A DNA stretch of 64,000 nucleotides from Bugula neritina (lineage: Eukaryota > Animalia > Bryozoa). The stretch is from positions 12,895,133 through 12,959,132 of the forward strand of contig OZ037771.1 in NCBI GenBank assembly GCA_964035545.1, written 5' to 3'. Under the pieces are notes generated by a model that ran no database searches, had not been told where the DNA came from, and saw nothing but the letters and a program-made list of their open reading frames with translations. The translations under genes and the position numbers were made by a program. This document shows positions 9,501-21,260 of this stretch, in pieces. The stretch's first letter is position 1. Every line of letters begins with the position of its first letter.

Positions 9501-12500
9501 ATAATTCAAGTTGTTAGTCTACTGAAAAATTTTATTTAATGAAAAAACCAATCAAGTTTTAATTTAGTCGAATTTAGAATACAACCTTATATTATAGTAT
9601 AGTCTAGTATAGTATAACATAGTATAGTATAGTATATAGTGTAGTATATAGTGTATAGCATATTATGGTATAGTCTAGTGTGGTACAGTCTATAGTATAG
9701 TATAGCATATAGTATACAGTATAGTGCGTTATAGTATAGTAGGCCTATAGTTAAAAACTATTCAAAGTGTGTGCCTGTAAGAAAATATTAACCTAAATAT
9801 TGTTAGAGTAACCCCTTTCCAAGCATGTCAGCAATTTAAAAATGATTCTGTATAGGTACATGTCATGTTTCAAATAGCATGCCATGTGCTAACGTATTCT
9901 TACTTTACCTTGTATTCCTACACTACCTTGTATTTCTACACTACTTCGTATTCTTTTGCTACTTTTTATTTTTAGTTTACTTTATTTTCCTTTTCCACAC
10001 TGTATTTCTACACTAATTAGTATTACTACGCTACATTGTATTCCTAAGCTACTTTGTATTACTACGCTATATATTCTTCAGTTGAAAACAATGAAAGGTT
10101 AAGATCCTCTCTGTTGGGTGACGATAAACCACTAGAGTTTCCAGAGACTCGTACCGATCAGGTCTACCTTCAGATGGTCGTCGCTACCCAAACTGCACTG
10201 ATTAAGATTTCTCACATCCCAGACATCCAATTGGATACTCAGTATTGTAAAGTAGCCTTAGAACATCTCAAGGTACGTGAAATATGATCGAGAGGGGTCT
10301 TTGTTTAGGTATATTATTCGTTGTGCAGGCATTTCCTGCTATAAGTAAGTTGTGTATATTCATAGCTGTAGTTAAATCCCTGGTATATAATTTTACAAGT
10401 ATTTCATTTATCAATTACATATGTTGGTTACCATAGCTACTTTAACATGGCACAGTGACATTTAAAAAGTCTAAAAGCCTAAATTGTTTATTGTTTATAC
10501 AAATATACCTTGATTTGTTTTTGTTAAAATTTAGCAAAAGTTCACTGAAGATTTGAAGAGAGATCCTTGTCAATAGTGGTATACAGATGGCTTGCTTATT
10601 GCAAGCAAACTTTCAAATACTTGACTTTTTAATTTACTTAGTGTATACTGTAACTTTGTTGATAGTTTGATAACTTGAAAATATTTTAAGATGTAAACTT
10701 TTCTGGCTCTCCATTGGGTCCAGCGTCTTTTCTAAGGGATAAAGCATCTCATTTGTAGTAGCAGTGATAGTTTGATGGGCATTGGACCTGATTGTGTTTG
10801 TTTACTTTGTTTGTTATCCAGATGTATACTATTAACTAGTGGTGTATAGTATTCTGTATATTTACAAAGGTACTGCTGCTAGTGGTGTATATAATATTCT
10901 GTATATTTACAGGGGTACTGTTGCTAGTGGTGGATATAATATTTTGTATATTTATAGGGGTACTGCTGCTAGTGGTGGATATAATATTTTGTATATTTAC
11001 AGGGGTACTACTGGTGTTTGTATCTCAATAATCTTCTCACCTGCAAGTATGCTGTGAAGTATTTATTGCAATGGAAACATGAACCACACCTGAAAGGTGT
11101 GCGAGAAATCTGGGATATGTTTGAAGGTACGTATACTACTGCTGCTCCTACTGCTACTAAAATAATACTATATTTAGCTATAATTTGCTTCGATAACCTC
11201 GTGTTTTTGTGAGCTTTAAAAGAGTAAATAGTCCTTATCTTAATATTTTTTCAATTTAGAATTTTGCAATACATTATTAAAATAATATAAATAATAAATA
11301 GTGAATGGCAATATAGAACATGTGTAAAATGTTAAAGTATCAGTACACAATGATATGAAACTTTGTTTAGGAAATCTGGAAGCTATAATTCAGTTGCAAG
11401 AGTTTGAAGACCAACGGAATAGTAATGTCAAGGTCGAACGTTTAAAAAAGAGGCTGGAACAGCAACTCAGCCATCAAGAAGATTCTAAAGTAATAATATT
11501 TGTGCAGATGCGAATTGTAGCCGAATATTTGGCTACACTCCTTAACTCACTAAGTTCAAAGTTCAAGGCCAACAAGTTCATCTCCACTGGCCGATCAAAC
11601 TGGGATACATGTAAGACCTCTTGCCAACAAAATATGCTTTTGTTTTGTTAACATGTATGTCATAATAATGCTTTAGTTAGTGATCATTTTGGTTGTCTTT
11701 CAAACTTTGTTTTCAATCAAATTGTTATTGGCCTTTATTGTATTGCATGACAATGCACATCATTGATTTCAATGGTGTAGCCTCAGCACCTATGTGACAA
11801 CATAGAACATGTGTAAAATGTTAAAGTATCTGTAAATAATAATATGGAACTTAGTTTAAGAAATCCGGAAGCTATGTGACAAAACTTAGTTACTTCCGTT
11901 TTCAACCTGCCTTTGCTACATGACCCATACAAGCAGATAGGATCCCAGTCTATCTTTTGGTATAGCAACATGGCTATTTGTAGCTATGAACGCACAGCAA
12001 AGAATTGACATACGGGCAAAGTTTGAAGGTGACAGGTACAACATTCTGGTGGCTACTTCAGTTCTAGAAGAGGGTATAGATATCCAGGCTTGCAACATGG
12101 TGGTTAGATACATGTATGTTAAAGACATGATTGCCAAGATACAGAGTAGAGGTTAGTTTAACAGTGGCTAGTCTTAAGACTCTCTCAGGTTTATCAAACT
12201 CAATTATTACAGAACTCTGGCAGGGAGAGAACGCTTTGTCTAAGTATAGGGTGTAGTTTGTGGTGCTGTGGAAGTGAAAGTTTTTAGGTCATTCTTCTGT
12301 AGCGGTTTTAGCCAAATATGTGAGTGCAGAGGACCCCAAAATCCCAGCCTATAGTTTATTAACATAAAGCATGTGTATAGAGTTATTTTATCATCTATAA
12401 GTAACAGACTACTAGTCTGAGAAAGCATCATGTTAGGGCAATCAACACTATTTAGTGGATGCTCTATTATGTAAATTATTTTTCTTCACAATTTCAAATC

Positions 12501-15027
12501 ACTATTCGTTTATAATAATCAATGAGTATCATGATATCTAATGACGTTGAAGTACTGAATTACTGAAGACTGCTGATAGATATCAGTTGATTGCCTGCTT
12601 TTTTATATTCACACACACATGCACACACGTACATACAATATACTACTTCTAATCTAACATCTCACACAATAAAGTATTTTCGTTGCGACAGGCAGAGCTC
12701 GGAAAGTTGGCGCAACTCTACTCACAATTCTAGATGACAAGTTGAAGGAACAGGAGAGGACAAATGACGTCAAGGAGAAATTTATGTATGATGCCTTACA
12801 AGAAGTCAGAGGTTGGTTCTGCTGTTCTAGCTACTCTTATGAAGTCATAAATTATAATGGAATGTTAAAAGTATGCAGTACTGTCGACTGATTATACGGA
12901 ATGTGATTGCTAGAGCTGTGATGGTGCTGAACTGATAATGGTTGAAGATGGCTTGGTTACCAGTAGAATTTCAATAGATTATAACTGTCGCTTTATAATC
13001 ATTCCAGCAGTAATAATGTATTAATTTAATTAAATGTAATTATATATAATTTTACTGTATATTATATTACTAAATTTTTAATTGATAAATTAATAATTAT
13101 TTGATTGTTAATTATTATTAAATAATTATAGTAAATTTATGATTTAATTAAATAAAATATTAGTCTATACATTGAGGTAAAAAGTTCCACTAGGTGGTGG
13201 ATATTTTCGCTGCTTCATACAAAACTGATTTCCTATTTATCACATGATGCAGTATTGTTTCAGCAAAAACTTTCTTTCTGTATTTCCTGAGAGTCCGATG
13301 TGATTTGTAGATATGAGTCCGGAAGTGTTTTCACAGGAAATATACAAATACCGTTTGTTGATGAAGACGTCGAATGATGAGGATGAGTCATGGTCAACTC
13401 CGGAAGATCCCGGGGAAGCAGTTCGCGTCTGCTGCCCACTGTGTAACGCTTTCCTTGGCCTTCTCACCCATGTGCGAGTTTTCATGGAGAGTCATCACCC
13501 TGTACTTGATGCTTCTATTTCTTACCGGGTGCTGGTTCACCGTAAACCTCCAAAGACCATGTATGATGGTTAGTGTTGTTGGCATACTACTATTTCTATA
13601 TTTATTTGTGTAACTTTTACATAGTGTTCAGTGTGTAAGAAAAAAAATGAACAGGAACTTTTAGCAGCCATGCAAGCTAACCTCTATGAACTACATACTG
13701 CATACCTAGTAGATATAAACAACTCACTCAAGCAGGTTTATAGTCGCTACCCCTGTGAGAACCCCTGATTGAAAGGGCTTTTGTACAGTGGGCTAAAGAT
13801 TTATTTAGCGTGTAGCTGGTTATTTATAGCAACGGTATGATCTGCTGTAGGTATAACAAGTGTCGGGTTCTTACTGTGTTCTAATCGTAGTCAGTCAGAA
13901 AATAAGAACCCGTGTGGAGCGAGAGTCGGTGTGCTGACACAGCTGACGAAAGGTAAACTTGTCTCAATGTTTGTGATTCACAGCCATTGTGTAGCTGTTA
14001 GTTTATTTTAACCATTTTCTGTTTGTATCAATTCGTTCTACGTTGGTTGACATAAAAATGATACTATTATTTTTTATTTCTACCGCTAGTACAGTAGTGT
14101 ATTACCAATGATTACCTTCAAATTTCACGATGCAGCATGGTACTCAGATGCTCATGCCAATGTATGCATGAGTAGATGAAAAGTTACTTGCAGTAGTGAG
14201 TGTAGTCATGTTACTAGTCATGTGACTAGTGTGTATAGTCATGTTACTAGTCATGTGACTAATGAGTGTAGTCATGTTACTAGTCATGTGACTAGTGAGT
14301 GTAGTCATGTTACTAGTCATGTGACTAGTGAGTGTAGTCATGTTACTAGTCATGTGACTAGTGAGTGTAGTCATGTTACTAGTCATGTGACTAATGAGTG
14401 TAGTCATGTTACTAGTCATGTGACTAGTGAGTGTAGTCATGTTACTAGTCATGTGACTAGTGAGTGTAGTCATGTTACTAGTCATGTGACTAGTGAGTGT
14501 AGTCATGTTACTAGTCATGTGACTAATGAGTGTAGTCATGTTACTAGTCATGTGACTAGTGAGTGTAGTCATGTTACTAGTCATGTGACTAGTGAGTGTA
14601 GTCATGTTACTAGTCATGTGACTAGTGAGTGTACTCATGTGATCAGTAAACATTCTCTTTAAATGTATGGACATTGTGTAAATTTCTATATCTGAGTATT
14701 TTTCTAATCGGTTTTTGTAAACAATATATTGCTAACAAATGTAATGGAAGTATTTTATGCAAGTTTTTCTATTTTTAGGCTATCCAATGTATATTGTGTA
14801 AAGCTTCGTGCAGCTTAAATTTAATAGATTTTGGTCCCTCAGTTGTGTGCTCTATTTCAGAGTACAAGTTCGCCATGTGGAGTATTCGTGGTATCGTTGT
14901 GAGCAGTGATTCTCTCACCATGCAGCCTTCCAACTATAAGGGTATCAAGGAACAGTATATAATTAAACCATTATATATCGAAGATATTGATGAAGCTGGG
15001 CAACAATTCCAGTTTAGGGAACACTAA
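3538..15027 (+). CDS. RIG-I-like receptor (RIG-I/MDA5/LGP2 family) DExD/H RNA helicase with C-terminal Zn-binding regulatory domain, ~887 aa, no recognisable CARD
   Basis: Phase-consistent exons: 3538-3613, 3787-3864, 5224-5370, 5803-5988, 6236-6421, 6934-7034, 7961-8233, 8784-8937, 9261-9353, 10082-10272, 11003-11126, 11371-11610, 11984-12151, 12692-12811, 13311-13568, 13851-13952, 14861-15027 (2664 nt). Motifs: Q LRPYQEE, I LPTGTGKT, Ia FLVPR..L..QQ, II DEFHH, III MTAT, IV IIFVQMR, V ATSVLEEGIDI, VI QSRGRAR. CTD: VCCPLCNAFL...SHH...LLCS...PCG. The first four exons are less certain than the helicase and CTD exons. Confidence 0.93.
4548..4829 (+). promoter_or_regulatory. Intronic cluster of NF-kB-like, AP-1 and ISRE-like sites (putative immune-inducible enhancer or alternative promoter)
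   Basis: GGAAATTCCA 4555-4564, GGGAATTTCA 4569-4578, TGGAATTTCC 4585-4594, TGACTCA 4613-4619, GAAACTGAAA 4699-4708, GGAAAATTCCC 4784-4794, TGGAATTTCC 4819-4828. Confidence 0.6.
5538..5712 (-). mobile_element. tRNA-derived SINE, partial copy
   Basis: Aligns by eye to the 8998-9214 copy (cactatccctgtgagaaaccct...ggagcaattat...gctcttcct...aatggccttt). Confidence 0.8.
7035..7230 (+). repeat. 30-bp tandem repeat (6 copies plus a degenerate unit) beginning at the RLR exon 6 splice donor
   Basis: Unit gtgagtcattagatctcagtgagtggaagg at 7035, 7065, 7095, 7125, 7155 and 7185. Confidence 0.95.
7715..7960. repeat. Degenerate pentanucleotide repeat (tgcaa/tgtag/tgtaa)
   Basis: Visible 5-bp periodicity; the last unit supplies the AG acceptor of the exon starting at 7961. 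Confidence 0.85.
8998..9214 (-). mobile_element. tRNA-derived SINE, near full length
   Basis: The reverse complement starts gggagtaaccgTGGTCTAGGGGttagagcg...catgGGTTCGAACCCcg (Pol III A- and B-box-like). Related copies occur at 5538, 13721, ~23750-23920 and 37928. Confidence 0.85.
10835..11013 (+). repeat. ~45-bp tandem repeat (4 copies) spanning the acceptor of RLR exon 11
   Basis: Unit ctagtggtggatataatattttgtatatttacaggggtactgctg; the last copy contains the acceptor used in the model (exon starts at 11003). Confidence 0.9.
13721..13806 (-). mobile_element. SINE 3' fragment
   Basis: gtttatagtcgctacccctgtgagaacccctgattgaaaggg matches the SINE family above. Confidence 0.7.
14194..14645. repeat. 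33-bp minisatellite, ~13 copies, in the last RLR intron
   Basis: Unit gagtgtagtcatgttactagtcatgtgactagt, containing the near-palindrome actagtcatgtgactagt. Confidence 0.95.
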
Positions 15028-15229
15028 ACGTCAGCCATATTTCAGTCATTCTCTCTCTTTATCATGAAATAATCAACTTAAATCGTTACTTTATTAACCA
15101 TAAATTTCATGCTTAATTCATGTGACCACATTTGTTGTTTACATGATCAAATATTTGTTTTTTGCTAGATGTTTTTACCATTTCTCAGTGTAGCTGGTGT
15201 AGTCCTTTCTGCAATCATTACTGTCCATC

Positions 15230-15890
15230 TAACTCTAACCCTTGCTATTCAATTTTTACTTATGTCTACCCCCTCTTTTCTTTCTCTTGCCCTCAGCACT
15301 GACATTACTGACTCTCTTTATGTTCTTCTCTTTGTTTTTTCTGCATGCATTTCCATACCATTCCAGCCTCTTCCTCAACATTGCTTTTACTCCTGCTATG
15401 ACACAGGTTCCTTCATTTTTTCTCTACTTGTCCGGGCTGAAGCTATGGATGTAAATCTGGATTGACCTTCCAGGTGCTGTGCGAGTGACCATATCTCACT
15501 GCCATGCAAAAATGTCGTTCAAATGCACACTTTACATAGCGGCATCTTCATTCTTGCTAGAACTTTCTTGTCACACACCTCATGGGTAAGATCTCTTCAT
15601 TTATCCCAAGCCTTCTCTATTCTTTTCTCCATCTCTGGTTTGCATCCCCATCTTGGTGAATTGTTGTCCTAGAGTATTTATATAAATGAAGTTTTCTTTG
15701 GGAGTTCAGTGTATTTCTTGCCATCATACTTTTCATCCTCGAATTAGCTGGTTGGTGCTCAGCTTTTCTTCTATTCAGTTTAGGAATTCCTCCTTCTAAG
15801 CATCTTTTCTAAATATCTAGTCTTTTCTTCATGATTTCATACAGTACTAGACAGTCTGTTTTTAAAGATCTTAGTTAATTTAATCCATAG
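15230..15890 (-). mobile_element. Possible degenerate non-LTR retrotransposon fragment
   Basis: Strongly A-rich on the minus strand with broken frames; only an impressionistic resemblance to a LINE ORF2 N-terminal region. Confidence 0.3.
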
Positions 15891-17415
15891 GTGCTCAAGT
15901 TGCTCAGCATAATGCAGGATTTATTTAGTTTGCTTACATTACAATGATGGTATGCTGTGATATACTATTTTTAATTATATTTGATATTTGTTGCTAATTT
16001 TAATTTAAATTTGAGTTAATTTACTATTTTTTTACTAACATGTTATATAAATTGATGTTTCTTGTCTAGGCTACAAGAAATCTTTTATTGGTTTTCTGTT
16101 ATTTTTTTTTATAATTAATTTATAATATAATTATGTTTTATAATGATTTTCAATCTTATATTTTCAATTAAAAAATAAATTATTTCAAACTTTAGGCTGA
16201 GTTTAGCTGCCCTATTCTATAGTAAACATCTAACCTTTAAAGACAAATGATAATTACTCTTACTAAATTAACAGAGCCATTATACAAGCCATTAGCAAAT
16301 GCAGCTCATTGATATCTCTTTTTATCAAGTATTAAATTATATTCACTCAGTTTGACTTATGAGATACAAGTATGACATTAGTGTAGTTTTCCAGGCACCA
16401 TAGCCTATACTAAGAGCACAATTTTTAAATTTGTTCTATCTATGAAGAGTTGTGTGCACTTTGGAAAACACATTCTGCAGTAATGAGCAATTGGTGTTAT
16501 TTATTCGTTTATAACTGTGTGATCCTACAGTGAGAAGTCTATTTAATGTAGCGGTTATAATGCTTCATCAGTATAATATATTAAATTCAGTATATAGACC
16601 TCGAAGTAATTTCTAAGGGTGCAAAATTCGTAGAGACTTTCAACAAAGACTTATTGAATAGCGCAATTATATCCTGCTGGAATCAATAGTATAAAATAGT
16701 ATGTTGAGCGTCACATTATCTTTCCATTATCAAGGCATATGTAGCAACTTATTAACATAATTTCAAAAAGTCCAATGCATTGGTATTGCTTCAACATGAA
16801 TTACGAAAAGTATAGATATTGTAGTAATCATTGAACTATAATCCTATAGTTTCAGTTCAGTGGTAGTAATTTGTGCAATTACTGAGCGTGAGTTATTTAC
16901 TTGCGTATAGTTAGCTGGTTATTCTGCTAGCAATTACTAGGGTAGCTGTCGAGTAATTATATTTATTATCCACAATAAAGCATAAAACAAACATCACATC
17001 AAATTATCCTATACATCAGTCAACTACTAACACATGTTACTACTTCAAGCCTCCGCTTACAACAATTTGATATAATGTTAATAGCCCGGGAAGTGTCACG
17101 TGAATCGGAAGCATATCTTCCGGAGCTGCTAATTGGTTGCTACATAAGGGCTAAGTATTCCAAGAGTAGGGAGAGGGCGATTCCCGTATTTGTACTTTGC
17201 ACTACTCACTACAATATTCACTAATTAATAACAGTCTGAAAATAAATTAATTCAAAGGAATAATAAGTAAATGCAGACAAATTAATTTTAAAAATAGCTC
17301 CAGGATGAACAAAAGCAACTTCCAACAGCTACCACTTCACAAAAACACCTTGCATGTATTAACTAAAATGTTATCATATTATAGGAATTAATAGAAACTA
17401 TATTAGCATATGTTT

Positions 17416-17646
17416 TTACACATTGAATACAGCAATAACAGCTGTTGCAGCAGTCAATAAACCAAAATGATCTTACTAGGCAAAAGCACTCCACTGTTAT
17501 TAACAGACTTTTTAACTAAATTGCATAAACTTAATTTAAATTTCATTAATTATACACACATCTTTGAAGCAAGGACACAATCTTTCTTCAGCCAAAAATA
17601 ATCTTTTATTGTTGCACATCTATCACTATATCCTGCATCACATATT
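17416..17646 (-). pseudogene. Ly6/uPAR pseudogene (exon-3 remnant of the C/D subfamily)
   Basis: Minus strand reads gagtttactag|a ICDAGYSDRCATIKDY..., with a frameshift before the CxC...C motif. It ends in ctagtaagatc...ttattgactgctgcaacagctgttatt, matching exon 3 of the genes at 38795-39014 and 43237-43468; the 3' flank also resembles ~39085-39130. Confidence 0.8.
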
Positions 17647-18929
17647 CTAGTAAACTCAAAAAGTGCAGTTATATGATAAAACTAGCAAGATTATTAACAA
17701 TAAATGTTTAGATTGTTTAAACACCTTCGTATTGACAGGTTGGTAAAAGCTACCATTTAATTATCAGCTAGCTTTAAGCCTTAACATATTGGAACACTAT
17801 GCGGTAATTATAACTCATTCCGAGCGAAGTGAATGCCTTACACTAATTTTATATATTTAGAATGAATTGGTACATACAGCAGAACATTGTTAAAAAGATT
17901 ACATTAACATTAGTCTAGACTTGATGGTATTTCAAATATATTTAGCAAATGCTGAGGAATTAGACTAAACTTTTTCTGTTGAATTTGGAGTTATGTTCTT
18001 GTCAATAAAAGACACTTCAATACTACGTTATATAAGTTGCAAGTTCCGCTGACCAATAGAAAAACTGCAGTATTGCATGGTGTATATGTCACAATATATA
18101 GGTTCAAATGTGAGACTGTTGTATGAATGAAATTTACTGTAGAGTAAAAAAATCAACACTATTGCCAATCCATTACAATGGATACTTTTTTTCAAAAGAC
18201 TTCGAATATCAAAATTGCTTATCATTAGATTCAAGTTTGGGAATACAACTCAGAATGGTCATGACCACAATGTTATAAATTTGTTTACAATATTTTGTTT
18301 CATTAAAAATAGAGAATTGGATGAATTATTTTAAAGAAAATGGTGTTCCAGTTTGTTTTAGCAGTATGCAATCAACTGGTTGATTACAGTCTTTAATGCT
18401 CAGTTATATAATGATCAACATTATACTACTCATTACCATATGCTAAACAACAGAACCATATGTTACTATTTACTAAATATAATGTGACAATATGCATGAA
18501 TGATAAATAGAAGTGGCCTACTAGGAGTGCATGCTGAGACTGAGAAACTATACCCATCTCAAAGAACTTGTCATTGTGTATATTTTTAAAAGCACTTTTT
18601 GGTAAATTGTTGAAATTGTGTGATCATCTTTTAACTCGTTGGGACTGCTTTTTTACTTTTTAGAACTGTGTAAAATGTTTGTAGATTTATATTTATAAGT
18701 ATACATAAACATAAAAATAAATTACAGTATACTCAACACATTATTTAAAGAGCATTTCTCAAGGAATAAACAATTTGCAACAACCACACAAAATTAACTA
18801 AGCATATGACCTATTAAATGGGTTTGTCCAATTTTCTAACAATATCATTTACATTATATACATAATTTGCCAATTATCACAATCTAGCATTACATGATAT
18901 TATTTTACTTTATATATATGCCGCAGTGC

Positions 18930-19995
18930 TTACAAAAGATGCTGCCACCAGCATGAGAACATAATGCAAAGTGAATTGGCAACTCCAGAGTTAGGCATAG
19001 GTTCTGTTATTATGATGTCATTTCCTTCATTACACAGGTCATCAGAGCACACACATATTGTATCACTAAATCCCAGGTAATTTTTTATCACTGCACAACC
19101 TTCAGAGTAACCTCTGGTACAGGCTCTATAAGTAACACAAGAAAGTGGACAATTCCCACAGAAAGGGAGACGGCACTTAATGCACAACAATGTGACTAGT
19201 GAATATAGTACTGAGTAGAAAACAACTCCAACTGCTATAAGAACTTACTAATTAATCATGAAATAAAGAAATTATTACCTTCGAATTGAAGATATGTCTT
19301 GTACATCATCGCCATGAAACATTGTAAATATCGTTTCACACTTTTGCGTTGTATCTGTATCGCATTCCGTATCAAAACTTGACAGTGAGCCATTGTTATA
19401 GCACTCTGACTCCAAATTGCCTGAGCAGGCTTTACATTTCAGGCCATTCACTTCTGTGCATATAATTTAACTATTAGAGCATTTATAACAGAAAAATTCA
19501 TATCTACATAATGCGTGTATAAAGACCATCATTAGTAATATTTTTAATTATCCAGGCATTGGCTCACACAATGCATTCAGCTGTAAATAACTATAAAAAA
19601 AATTTCAATTCAAAGAAGCACATGATATATAGGTAATAGAGCAGTATACATTATGTTGAGCAGTTGCCCTATAATGAACAGTTATTGTTAGCAGTGTTAG
19701 AGGTCTTGTTTGAGAACAATTTACACTTAAAAAATTTGGAATTTATGATAACTAGAAGTTAAGTTACAAACTAGGGCCTTCAAAACACAGACTTGCAAAA
19801 AGTTATGTGATTTTTCTACAAGCATACCTGCATGTTTGGATGTTTTGTGTATTTGCACCCTTTTTTTATTATCACTCAACTCAATTTTTAAACTGAGTAA
19901 ACAACATGGCACCACCTACCTGTTGACAGCTGACTTAGAGAAACAAGAAGAATGGCCATTGCAGAAGGAAAGATGAACTCCCAAGATGTTTTCAT
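18930..19995 (-). CDS. Ly6/uPAR three-finger (quiver/sleepless-like) protein, copy A; C-terminal tail frameshifted relative to copy B
   Basis: Exons 19920-19995, 19279-19453, 18930-19125. Signal peptide MKTSWEFIFPSAMAILLVSLSQLST, then LKCKAC...ECY...ECD...KCE...RACT...GCA...ICVCSDDLCN (10 Cys, ending in CN). Confidence 0.85.
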
Positions 19996-20369
19996 CTCAA
20001 ATAAATTAATATATTTACTTGATATTCTTCCTGTTGACAAATAAATAAAAGTATTATAGGTATGGCAAAAACTACTGGCGTTCAGCTTAGAATTATTCAT
20101 CACTATACAAACTAAATAATTTATTTGATATAATATTATGTTTATGTTATTATTATTATTGTTTGTATCACAGCTTTTTGCTGGTGTAGCCTTCTACCAT
20201 AAACCTAGTTCCACTAGGCTAAGATGAATGGAACTTTTCTCAAGTAAGGCTGGTTGTTGAATCAGTGAGTATTTCCTTTCAGCTACCCTAAGTAGTGCCA
20301 TTCAGTCTACAGTCTTGTATGTAGCTCTGAGGGCCTAAATTACAACGGGGATGAATTTTGTTGGTGTTT

Positions 20370-20710
20370 TCCAAAGGCAGGTTATTTCTAGTGCTAAATC
20401 CTGATATTTTCTTATCTTCTCTGATTCTTCCTCTTTTACTCTGTAGTCACCAGAAACTGTGACATCGATAATCTTTGTTTTGCATTATGCTTCTCAACTA
20501 CCACCATATCAGGCCTCTTAACTTTGATAACTCTGTTGGTGTGTATGTTGAAATCCCACAAGATTTTTACGTAGTCAGTTTTCAGTACAACCTTGCTCCA
20601 CTGAAACCCATGAACTTCACACAGTTCCCAGTGAATTACCGATGCCACATGGTCGTGGTAAAAATAAATGGTAATACTATCAAGAAACTCCACTACCAAC
20701 TGGCAAATTT
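20370..20710 (-). mobile_element. Non-LTR retrotransposon 3' fragment with a restriction-like endonuclease region (R4/Dong-like)
   Basis: HDHVASVIHWELC...KILWDFNIHTNRVIKVKRPDMVVVEK is the typical C-terminal motif series of RLE-type non-LTR elements. Confidence 0.75.
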
Positions 20711-20739
20711 TCTCTATAGAATCTTTATATTTTCATAGA

Positions 20740-21260
20740 CCTCAGAAGCTAGCTAAACAAGTTTACCCAAGCATCAATGTGGTTTTATACAAAGCCTGTG
20801 TCCTTAGTACACTTCAATATCATGCAGATAAACCTATTTACTTCAAGAGTCCAAACTGAGAGCTTTTCCCACCTATAGTTTGTAATTTATCTAGAATTAG
20901 AGTGAAACTTGGAAAGACACAATGACTAATGAGAATGTTGTTAAGATAACTGGTTCAGCACCACTCTTTTTCTAAGTAAAAGCTTTTTTTCTACGTTGAG
21001 CCGGACATGTCTGCAGAATTTCTGAATACCCTACACTTTGACTTCTGCTTTTTAGTATAAACTAAAGAAAGAGACACTACACATTGATATTTATTGGTGT
21101 CATCAAACGGGATCTGAAAAACTTCAATGGCTGGTCCAGGGTTGCTCATCCAAATCAAAGCTTTTGTTAATATGAAGCCGAACATGTCTACCTCATTCCT
21201 TGACTTTTGCTTGATAGCATGCTGGAGAAGATGACACAGCATATTGGAAGACCATGGAAG
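20740..21260 (+). mobile_element. Degenerate LINE (RTE-like) RT C-terminal fragment
   Basis: VLYKACVLSTLQY, followed by broken W.D..TNE.V and GHV.R-like motifs. Confidence 0.55.

Noticed and set aside
6236-12811. Dicer or FANCM as the identity of the helicase
   Set aside because: The helicase is followed by a pincer-like helix and an RLR-type Zn CTD, then a stop; there is no DUF283, PAZ or RNase III domain.
14144-14674. 176-aa and 146-aa repetitive ORFs; possible CRISPR-like array
   Set aside because: A head-to-tail 33-bp minisatellite in an intron, with no unique spacers, in a eukaryotic context.
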